From a virus: 38,361 bases of DNA. The notes beneath the pieces were generated by a model. That model saw only the letters and a list, made by a program, of their open reading frames with translations. It ran no database searches and had not been told where the DNA came from. Shown here piece after piece: positions 24,454 through 30,938 of this stretch. Made by a program: the position numbers and the translations under genes. The stretch's first letter is position 1. Each line of letters begins with the position of its first letter. Where the stretch lies: IMG/VR virus record IMGVR_UViG_3300024343_000039, one strand, 5' to 3'.

Positions 24454-25230
24454 TTAGTATCTATTCTGCATGTTAGCGTTTGTAAACACGCGATTCGCAA
24501 CAATCTGAAGGGTGTGCTGCTCGTCAATACGGATCATCTCGTCCTGCAAAAGACTATCAGCCTCTTGGTCGGCAAGTGCCGCCTTCTCCTGCTGACCTTC
24601 TGCGCGGAGGTAGTCGGCGTATGTGCCGTGAGCCAAGTACTGATACCACTCAGCGGGGATAGCAGATGTCTCTCCAGCACTGTCTCCGTAGGTGTCGTTG
24701 AGCTGTGCCTTATAGGTCACAAAAGCCGTAGCTGGGTTAAGGTTACCAGTGATGATAGTAGCACCAGTAGCTGTGATCATCATGTCGTACTCCTGTACGG
24801 ATGCTACAACATATGGTTGCTGACGATGAACTCGCAGGAACGTGTCGATTGTATCCTTGCCAGTTTCGGCAAATGGAATGTAACCAAGTGCTGGTCGAGC
24901 AGTTCCAGTTCCAGTACCAGCGGCGGTTGCCACAAAGTACACACCAACGTCATTGCTGTCAGCACCAATGGACACAAAGTTTGTATTACCAACGGTGTCT
25001 ATAAAGTAAGAAACACCAGCGACAATTGCGGTTGCGGCGACAGGATCGGATGAGAAATAACGGGGTTCTCCAATCTTCAGGAAGCGAGGCCAATAGTTAG
25101 TAGCACGAAACGCACGCAATGCCCTGCGATTGATAAGTGCCTTGATGCGGGGAGTTTCAATTGATGCGAACACCACGCCGCACAGGGCTTGAATAAGCGC
25201 AAATAGTTCAGCGTAGGTCTTGGTCTGCAT
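24454..25230 (-). CDS. Structural protein, possible head-tail adaptor, 258 aa
   Basis: Position in the block downstream of the capsid genes (after two small ORFs and a terminator) and a helical C-terminus (EKAALADQEADSLLQDEM). The call is weak. Confidence 0.3.
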   Translation of the reverse strand: MQTKTYAELFALIQALCGVVFASIETPRIKALINRRALRAFRATNYWPRFLKIGEPRYFSSDPVAATAIVAGVSYFIDTVGNTNFVSIGADSNDVGVYFVATAAGTGTGTARPALGYIPFAETGKDTIDTFLRVHRQQPYVVASVQEYDMMITATGATIITGNLNPATAFVTYKAQLNDTYGDSAGETSAIPAEWYQYLAHGTYADYLRAEGQQEKAALADQEADSLLQDEMIRIDEQHTLQIVANRVFTNANMQNRY

Positions 25231-25508
25231 CAGATGTGTCCTGCTCTAAGGTGTGATTGTGACTTGAAGAAGTCTCGGACAAACTCTCGGTCGTCCCAGC
25301 ACTCGGTCCCGTACTTGTTAGCTAAAAGAAAGTATTCATGCTGTGGAATTGCCCCAATGGGTTTCCCTAGCGGTGATTTTGCATCCTTCATCATACGTGC
25401 TTCAGCGGATGCGGCTATTTCACGTTTGTTTTGCATTGCCTCCTTGAGCGCACGTCCAGAGCATAGCTCCTTTACGAGTGCGTCAGTGAGTGCGGTGTCG
25501 CAGATCAT
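25230..25508 (-). CDS. Hypothetical protein, 92 aa
   Basis: ORF with ATG start, first gene after the capsid-block terminator. Confidence 0.5.
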   Translation of the reverse strand: MICDTALTDALVKELCSGRALKEAMQNKREIAASAEARMMKDAKSPLGKPIGAIPQHEYFLLANKYGTECWDDREFVRDFFKSQSHLRAGHI

Positions 25509-25516
25509 TGGTAAGT

Positions 25517-25555
25517 AAAAAAGGGGCAGGAGGGTGTTTTAAGTCCTCCCACCCC
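25517..25555 (-). terminator. Strong rho-independent terminator after the capsid block
   Basis: On the minus strand: GGGGTGGGAGG-loop-CCTCCTGCCCC followed by TTTTTT. Confidence 0.75.
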
Positions 25556-25564
25556 GATTATGGT

Positions 25565-26002
25565 TTAGACATTCGAGGCAATCGCACCGGGATCAAGGAT
25601 CGTCAAGCAGACGAGCCATTCACCAGCGGTCACGCTACCAACCGAACCACCGAACTTAGCAAAGATCGGAAGTGCGGAAGTGGTCGCGTTTACAAGACCG
25701 GGTTCGGTGTCCAATGCATCACCCGTGTTGAACTTGACCTTGTCGGTGTTAGCGTCGAGGTCGAACGAGGCGATGAGGTTCGTTGCGGTTCCAGAGATCG
25801 TTCCAACAGAAACCGTCAAGTCAGACGGTCCAGCGGAAGCGGTCGTTTGGAACAACGCAGCTTGCGTCACAATACCACCAGCAGGCAGTAGGGCAACGGT
25901 CTTTTGCGACGAGGTGAGATAACCCGACGAAGCGAGTTCAGCACCAGTGATACGGAACGAGTGGGTGAAACCACGCGATTCTTGGTTAGCAAGTTGAGGC
26001 AT
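25565..26002 (-). CDS. Capsid-associated protein (possible decoration or minor capsid protein), 145 aa
   Basis: Directly downstream of the major capsid gene and upstream of the strong terminator. Beta-rich, Ser/Thr/Ala/Gly composition. Confidence 0.4.
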   Translation of the reverse strand: MPQLANQESRGFTHSFRITGAELASSGYLTSSQKTVALLPAGGIVTQAALFQTTASAGPSDLTVSVGTISGTATNLIASFDLDANTDKVKFNTGDALDTEPGLVNATTSALPIFAKFGGSVGSVTAGEWLVCLTILDPGAIASNV

Positions 26003-26039
26003 ATTCTTATGTCTTTCTAGTTAGTTGTTATGATTAAGA

Positions 26040-27038
26040 TTAGGAATAAGCGATCTTGCCGTGTGCTTGTGGGTGTTTGACAACCAGCGTGCCAGCAACG
26101 TCGATATAACCACGCTCGCCACCACCTTGGTTCTCAAGGCGGGTAGCACCCATCGGGATGAGGGTGTTAAAGCCAAGATACTTAGGATTGATGACATAGC
26201 CAACACCACCAGTGGTGACGGGCATACAAGCTGGATTTGAGTTCACTATTTTCACGATACCAAAATCAGAATCATACACGTTGACAGCGAGCGTGATTTG
26301 CTTGCTGACGGCGTTTTGATTGACATGGTATGTAACACCAGCCGACGAAGGCGTGGCGCGGGTGAAGTTGCTGATCACCCGGCGAAGGGCAACATCGGCA
26401 ACAAGCGTGAGCGAGTTCATCTCACCATTCTTGCTGAAGATCGAACCAATCATACCGTTGAAGGCAGTTTCGGTAGGAGCGGCAGTAAGGATGGAACCAG
26501 TCGGGGTGCGATAGGCAGCAGGAACAGCATTCGTGGCTTGTGCAGAGTCTTGAATCCATTTGCCAAGTCCGCGCATGCCGTAGGGAGTACCAGCACCATT
26601 CTCAACGGTCATTTCGTTGCTGGAGGCGATGGTGGCTTCCACGTCACGCTTGATGCTACGCATAGCCTTAGCTTCAGCTTGGGCAATGTTAGCAGGGCCA
26701 ACGCTCGTCACTGCTTGTTGCAGGTTCGAGACGAGGTAGTCGCGGCGCATGAGTTGGATGTAGTTACCAAGACGGGCACGGTCGGCGAACTGATCGCTGA
26801 ACGAGGTCACGTCAGAACCTTCCGAAACACCAACGGTCACGGGAGCGGCCAAGCTGTCAACAGTCCACTCGGAGTAGGTGCTGGAAGCTTTGCCCTTCGA
26901 CGCGAGCGAAAGGATCGGGGTTTCTTCTGGGGCAAGGATAGCAAGTTCGTTGCTGAGATCCTCGCGGTTGGAGATAGCGGAACCTTGACCCGAACGGGCT
27001 TGGGGCGCATTTGGTTGATATGATGTACTAATAGGCAT
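26040..27038 (-). CDS. Major capsid protein (HK97 fold), 332 aa
   Basis: The N-terminal region REDLSNELAILAPEETPILSLASKGKASSTYSEWTVDSL resembles the conserved N-arm region of HK97-type capsid proteins. Size and scaffold-capsid gene order fit. Confidence 0.75.
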   Translation of the reverse strand: MPISTSYQPNAPQARSGQGSAISNREDLSNELAILAPEETPILSLASKGKASSTYSEWTVDSLAAPVTVGVSEGSDVTSFSDQFADRARLGNYIQLMRRDYLVSNLQQAVTSVGPANIAQAEAKAMRSIKRDVEATIASSNEMTVENGAGTPYGMRGLGKWIQDSAQATNAVPAAYRTPTGSILTAAPTETAFNGMIGSIFSKNGEMNSLTLVADVALRRVISNFTRATPSSAGVTYHVNQNAVSKQITLAVNVYDSDFGIVKIVNSNPACMPVTTGGVGYVINPKYLGFNTLIPMGATRLENQGGGERGYIDVAGTLVVKHPQAHGKIAYS

Positions 27039-27056
27039 AATATTAAACAGTTAAAG

Positions 27057-28100
27057 TTATTGCATTTTTGCAACTCTGGCGGCAATCCAGTCATCAACGG
27101 ATGTTGACGATTGAAACTTTTGATAGGCTTGATCGGCACTCTTCTTCGCTGTTTTAGGCCCAGACTTAGCGGCTCCAGCACCATACGGGGTTCCCGGCAC
27201 TTTGGCCTTGGAGATTGTTCCCGCTGCTTTTACTGCTACTTTGGACTTCTGACTGCGATGAATGGATCGGACTGCGTGGGCTAGAATGTATGGGAGTTGC
27301 GGCCCAAGGTCTGGAACATGCAGGTTAACCAGCTCAACGAGTGGGTCAGCTAGGAGTGCCTTGTATTGTTTACCAATATCAGATTCCTCGTCGGCAACCT
27401 CTGGGACTTCCTGCGGGATCAATCCCGTGAAGTGTTCCCGCGCCTGCTCGCGTTGTCCTCGTTTGGCGAGTTCCGCGTGTTGGGCTGGGAGGTATTTTGC
27501 CATTGCCTCCCGCGCATTGCGGTTAGCTCGACGGATCTCCTTTTTGGTAAACTCCTTGTCTCCCACGACGATGATGTCTTCGGCACCGTAGTCTTCGTGT
27601 TCCTCAAGGATATTGTCGGTTTCCTGCGCGACCTTCTCCAGCTCCGCAAACTTGGACTGAAGACCCTCCACAGACTCAATGTCTCTGAATGGGTTTTCTT
27701 CCTGCGGTATGACTGGTAGTGGTTTCGTTTGGGCCTGAGAACTCAGCTTTTCCTCAAGAGCTTTTTTCTGCGCGGTCAACTCACCCACGCGATGGAGCAA
27801 CCTGCTGCGACTCTTTTTGGCTAAAGCTTGAAGTTGCTCTGGGTTTAGCGACAACAAGTCTACTTCCTGTTCCTCTTCGCCTTCTTCCTCTTCTACTTCC
27901 TCGTCGGACTCATCTAGTTCGTCGGAAACTGCCTCTGGCTCCAGAGACTCTTCCGTTTCCTCCCAAGATTCATCCTCTGGTTCAGCAGCCTCGGCTTCTG
28001 GTTCAGAGATTTCCTGACTCCTTCGATTGATATAATCATCAAAAGATATGTTAGACGAGGGATTTTGGGCTTCCTCGGTAGCCTCGGATTGCACATTCAT
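27057..28100 (-). CDS. Scaffolding protein, 347 aa from ATG 28100
   Basis: Highly acidic N-terminal third (EPEAEAAEPEDESWEETEESLEPE...), helical, immediately upstream of the capsid gene. The listed start at 28145 is TTG. Confidence 0.6.
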   Translation of the reverse strand: MNVQSEATEEAQNPSSNISFDDYINRRSQEISEPEAEAAEPEDESWEETEESLEPEAVSDELDESDEEVEEEEGEEEQEVDLLSLNPEQLQALAKKSRSRLLHRVGELTAQKKALEEKLSSQAQTKPLPVIPQEENPFRDIESVEGLQSKFAELEKVAQETDNILEEHEDYGAEDIIVVGDKEFTKKEIRRANRNAREAMAKYLPAQHAELAKRGQREQAREHFTGLIPQEVPEVADEESDIGKQYKALLADPLVELVNLHVPDLGPQLPYILAHAVRSIHRSQKSKVAVKAAGTISKAKVPGTPYGAGAAKSGPKTAKKSADQAYQKFQSSTSVDDWIAARVAKMQ

Positions 28101-28141
28101 GTTTTTGACACCAGTTAACGCCCGGCGGCGGCGATGACCTA

Positions 28142-28170
28142 GCAATGTGGAGGGAGTTAATATAAGTCAA
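28142..28170 (-). promoter_or_regulatory. Promoter-like element TTGACT-N17-CATTGC containing TAACTCCCTCC (copy B of the shared element)
   Basis: Shares TTGAC-NN-AT-NN-TAA-N-TCCCTCC-N-CATT with 11837-11865. Lies 42-70 nt upstream of scaffold ATG 28100. Confidence 0.45.
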
Positions 28171-28180
28171 CAATGGGGGC

Positions 28181-28206
28181 GTATAGGTGTGGATAGGTGT
28201 GGACAG
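28181..28206 (-). promoter_or_regulatory. Tandem DnaA-box-like 10-bp repeats (minus strand CTGTCCACAC CTATCCACAC CTATAC)
   Basis: CTATCCACA matches the DnaA box TTATCCACA at 8 of 9 positions and CTGTCCACA at 7 of 9. The repeats are head-to-tail with 10-bp phasing. Confidence 0.5.
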
Positions 28207-28276
28207 CTATATGTAAGAAACAATGTGTAGTTTTTCTGACGAAAATCGTGTGGTGTTTTTGCGTTTGCTTTGGATG

Positions 28277-28305
28277 TTGACTTGCGGGGAAACCCCAACT
28301 AGGAT
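28277..28305 (+). promoter_or_regulatory. Plus-strand sigma70-like promoter TTGACT-N17-TAGGAT
   Basis: Hexamers at 28277-28282 and 28300-28305 with a 17-nt spacer that contains GGGGAAACCCC. Confidence 0.35.
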
Positions 28306-28311
28306 TCGCCT

Positions 28312-28416
28312 CGACGGGAGTTGGAATCATCGTCATAAATCACCCCTCCAGCTTAAAACACTGGCTCTTCTGGGACTGGTCGAGTATCCAACTCCTCGAC
28401 CAGTCCCGTTGTTTTT
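28312..28416 (+). ncRNA. Candidate plus-strand small RNA of about 105 nt (predicted TSS to terminator)
   Basis: Bounded by the promoter above and the 13-bp-stem terminator. Nothing convincingly protein-coding lies on the plus strand here. Confidence 0.3.
28372..28416 (+). terminator. Plus-strand rho-independent terminator
   Basis: GGGACTGGTCGAG-10 nt loop-CTCGACCAGTCCC followed by GTTGTTTTT. There is no U-tract in the minus-strand orientation. Confidence 0.65.
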
Positions 28417-28794
28417 ACCCAAGGTGCTGGTGACATATTCAAGGAATCGAGGAACGCTCAAACGACCGAACGAAACCTAGGTAAAAGTCTCACGGGTACT
28501 GCGCTTGATGAATTTGCGGCGCAGTTAAACAGAGTGTGACGACCAAGGAGCTTGACGCAGACCTACAGCCTCAGCCCTCTGCTATCCTTGGTTCCAGCCT
28601 TGCTGGTATGTAAATCGACCTTTCCGACGATATACGGGAGTTAGAAGCATAGTACTCGCCGCATAAGGCGAACTATGCCTACGAGCCTTCCTCCTCAGCC
28701 GGGAGTTGGGGTATGTGCTAATGTATCAAAAAAGGTACAAAAACCGTCCTAATTGTCCTATATTCCCGCAGTTATGAAGTAACGCTTAATAGCT

Positions 28795-28836
28795 GAAAGA
28801 AAACACCCTTGATAGGGATTGAACCTACCAAGGGTG
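28795..28836 (-). terminator. Minus-strand rho-independent terminator
   Basis: On the minus strand: CACCCTTGGTAGG-TTCAATC-CCTATCAAGGGTG (13 bp including one G-T pair) followed by TTTTCTTTC. Confidence 0.7.
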
Positions 28837-28879
28837 AACCAATGAAACAATGAAACAAGAAGCACAAAACAAGCTTCCT
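28795..28879 (-). ncRNA. Candidate minus-strand small RNA of about 85 nt
   Basis: Near-consensus promoter upstream, a 5' hairpin (28857-28879), a single-stranded tandem GUUUCAUUG repeat, then the terminator. Confidence 0.3.
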
Positions 28880-28884
28880 GCTGA

Positions 28885-28913
28885 AATGTAGTTTGGGAGT
28901 TAACCCGTGTCAA
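28885..28913 (-). promoter_or_regulatory. Minus-strand sigma70-like promoter TTGACA-N17-TACATT
   Basis: Perfect -35 at 28908-28913, a 17-nt spacer and a 4-of-6 -10 at 28885-28890. Lies directly after the stop of the 68-aa ORF. Confidence 0.4.
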
Positions 28914-28917
28914 GCTA

Positions 28918-29124
28918 TCAGAACATCATCGCGGCGGCCACACCGGGAGGCAACTGACGATATGTGCTTGACGATTGTGTACCGCGAGCCTTGTTGGCGA
29001 TTACGGGTGGGCGAGTTGCCATCCCACTAGGTGGACGAGGGGCGCTATATGCTGACTGACCACCCATTGGTTTTTTTCCTGACTTTTTAGGCATCGTTGC
29101 CATTGCTGCTGCTAATTCCATCAT
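28918..29124 (-). CDS. Small basic Pro/Ala/Gly-rich protein, 68 aa
   Basis: ORF in line with the upstream genes; low-complexity basic composition. Confidence 0.4.
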   Translation of the reverse strand: MMELAAAMATMPKKSGKKPMGGQSAYSAPRPPSGMATRPPVIANKARGTQSSSTYRQLPPGVAAAMMF

Positions 29125-29148
29125 AATATTATTTTGTGTTGTGTTGTG

Positions 29149-29364
29149 TTATTCGGGTTGTGGGGAGATTAGTGTCAGTAGTTCATCCAGCGTAGCAACG
29201 CTACCTACGACCTTCATGACATCGTTGGTGGACTCGCACTGGCGGAGGTCTGAGAAGAACCGCTCACGCTCGTCCCGGACAAACTGGACGATCGCCTTAA
29301 ACTCATCGCGTTCTGCAAGTGCTTCTACGGATTGCTGGATAGTTGGTTTTGGTAGTGGTGTCAT
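29149..29364 (-). CDS. Hypothetical protein, 71 aa
   Basis: ATG-initiated ORF with helical composition; ATGA-type overlap with the upstream gene. Confidence 0.55.
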   Translation of the reverse strand: MTPLPKPTIQQSVEALAERDEFKAIVQFVRDERERFFSDLRQCESTNDVMKVVGSVATLDELLTLISPQPE

Positions 29365-29705
29365 TTGAATGGGCTTAGTTTCTTGGTAAGTCTCATCTTG
29401 GCGTGCTCAATAGCCTTCTGCATAATTGTTTCTGGAATTGGCTTTTTGTTTGGGATAATGTCATTTTGCATTAGGGCTACCTCATTCTTGCTCAAAGTTG
29501 GAACAAGTGTGGGAAAGTCAATTTGCTTACCATCAACCTTTACGGCCCCACTCTGAGTGGAATACTCAGTAGCAACGCTTCCGTTTGGCAGTTTCAGCTC
29601 GCCAAGGTAACCCTGCCCCTTTTGGGTCTTGTCTGGTCTTTTTCCGTATTTAACCAATGGGAGATTAAACCCCATTTTTTGCTGTGGTGGATTTAAGGAT
29701 GGCAT
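29361..29705 (-). CDS. Hypothetical protein, 114 aa
   Basis: The GYLGELKLPNGSVATEYS...DFPTLVPTLSKNEV pattern looks like a conserved phage family, but I cannot name it. Confidence 0.55.
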   Translation of the reverse strand: MPSLNPPQQKMGFNLPLVKYGKRPDKTQKGQGYLGELKLPNGSVATEYSTQSGAVKVDGKQIDFPTLVPTLSKNEVALMQNDIIPNKKPIPETIMQKAIEHAKMRLTKKLSPFK

Positions 29706-29734
29706 TGGTTGTGTTTTGGTAGTGGTGTCATTGG

Positions 29735-29917
29735 TTACTTCTTCTTCATGCCCATAGCGGACATGGCGATGGCGATTGCTTGCTTGCGACTCTGCGCCAG
29801 TGGGGCTTTCTTTGAGCCTTTGGGATTGCGGCCCGCATGGAGTGTTCCAGACTTGTATTCACCCATCACTTTTGCTACTTTCGCTTGCTTGGCGGATTTG
29901 GTCTTTGGTGTCTTCAT
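29735..29917 (-). CDS. Small basic protein, DUF6496-like, 60 aa
   Basis: VMGEYKSGTLHAGRNPKGSKKAPLAQSRKQAIAIAMSAMG resembles the VMxEFKxGxLxSG...QAIAIALSEA pattern. Confidence 0.4.
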   Translation of the reverse strand: MKTPKTKSAKQAKVAKVMGEYKSGTLHAGRNPKGSKKAPLAQSRKQAIAIAMSAMGMKKK

Positions 29918-29924
29918 GGTAACA

Positions 29925-30167
29925 TCATTTCATGCTTTTATCACCTTTGCAACGCCACTTCTTACGTGATAATGCGTTGGGTGAGTTAGGGTCTGACTTC
30001 CAGTCACCCTTAATTTTTGCTGAACGAGCGCAGTAGGCATCACCCTTCTTAGTGCCGGGTCGGATGCGATCCTTACCGTCAGCGGACTTACCCGCCTGCC
30101 CAAAGCGCACGGTCTTCTTGCGACCAGTATCGGGGTTGGTGACGATTTTTTTGAAACGCTTTTCCAT
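29925..30167 (-). CDS. Small basic protein, 80 aa from ATG 30167
   Basis: The listed start is TTG; an ATG lies 2 codons downstream. Lys/Arg-rich with two Cys. Confidence 0.5.
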   Translation of the reverse strand: MEKRFKKIVTNPDTGRKKTVRFGQAGKSADGKDRIRPGTKKGDAYCARSAKIKGDWKSDPNSPNALSRKKWRCKGDKSMK

Positions 30168-30169
30168 TT

Positions 30170-30271
30170 TCAATTTATCAATTTAATTATGGTTCCAAAA
30201 ACAGCAATAGGGAAAACAATCAACGAATAAATCATCCAAATTTTTTCCCCAAGTTTTGTTTGTATTTTCAT
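30170..30271 (-). CDS. Unlisted 33-aa membrane peptide (MKIQTKLGEKIWMIYSLIVFPIAVFGTIIKLIN)
   Basis: ATGA overlap with the upstream gene; a single hydrophobic helix. Confidence 0.4.
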   Translation of the reverse strand: MKIQTKLGEKIWMIYSLIVFPIAVFGTIIKLIN

Positions 30272-30933
30272 CTTGTTGGTTTGTAGCTGAACATTCGGCT
30301 CGCCGCATCAATTGCTTGTTCTTTTTTAATTGTGCTTGGAGTCACAAATGGAACTTCACGGGATGATTGGGGTCTGTCAACAGAATTCTTTCCAGCCTCA
30401 ATTTCTTTAAGCATTTTGCGTGTTCCCTGCCAATATCTCATTAAGGCTCCACCAGTTGCAATGGGATGCTCAAACGCAAGAAGACCCGTTGCGACCCCCT
30501 GAGCTACAGATGGACTAACCCAATTAGGCATTTTCTTTCCATATATTTTGGGGTCATTTTCAAGTTGTTCAATTGCCCTTAAATGTTTTTTCCTGTATTC
30601 ATCGTCAACTAATGCCCTGCCAGCATCAATTCCCCATAATGCCGCTTGTAACGGCTCAAACTTAGAAGCTATCAAAGTTGTGGTAGCCAAAGGTTTTAAG
30701 ATCGCAGCAGGAGCATTTAATGCGCTTAATCCTTTTGATGCCCCGTATGCACCAGATCCAATGTTTGCAATTCTTTGATCTATATCAGCAATTCCTCCGA
30801 CAATTTTATCTACTAATCCTGTTCTTTGGATTGATGTATCATCGCCGGGATCTGGCGTTACTCTCGCTACATTATCGGGATTGATGCTTTCAAGCCAATT
30901 TTTGGTTTTTGCTAATGATGTTTTAACATTCAT
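30268..30933 (-). CDS. Hypothetical protein downstream of the portal gene, 221 aa
   Basis: ATG-initiated ORF with no recognisable motif. Confidence 0.55.
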   Translation of the reverse strand: MNVKTSLAKTKNWLESINPDNVARVTPDPGDDTSIQRTGLVDKIVGGIADIDQRIANIGSGAYGASKGLSALNAPAAILKPLATTTLIASKFEPLQAALWGIDAGRALVDDEYRKKHLRAIEQLENDPKIYGKKMPNWVSPSVAQGVATGLLAFEHPIATGGALMRYWQGTRKMLKEIEAGKNSVDRPQSSREVPFVTPSTIKKEQAIDAASRMFSYKPTR

Positions 30934-30938
30934 ATAGA

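Noticed and set aside
28223-28480. 85-aa plus-strand ORF and a 59-aa minus-strand ORF (about 28160-28336) in the 28.1-28.9 kb non-coding region.
   Set aside because: The plus ORF reads through a strong terminator hairpin. The minus ORF is His-rich and spans the DnaA-box repeats and the promoter-like element. Neither looks protein-like.
28804-28836. T-arm-like GGTAGGTTCAATCCCTATC with flanking complementary arms, suggesting a tRNA or an acceptor/T-arm minihelix or attP core.
   Set aside because: The 5' arm is directly adjacent, so there are no D or anticodon arms. The whole forms one continuous 13-bp hairpin followed by a U-tract, so it is a terminator. No integrase is present.
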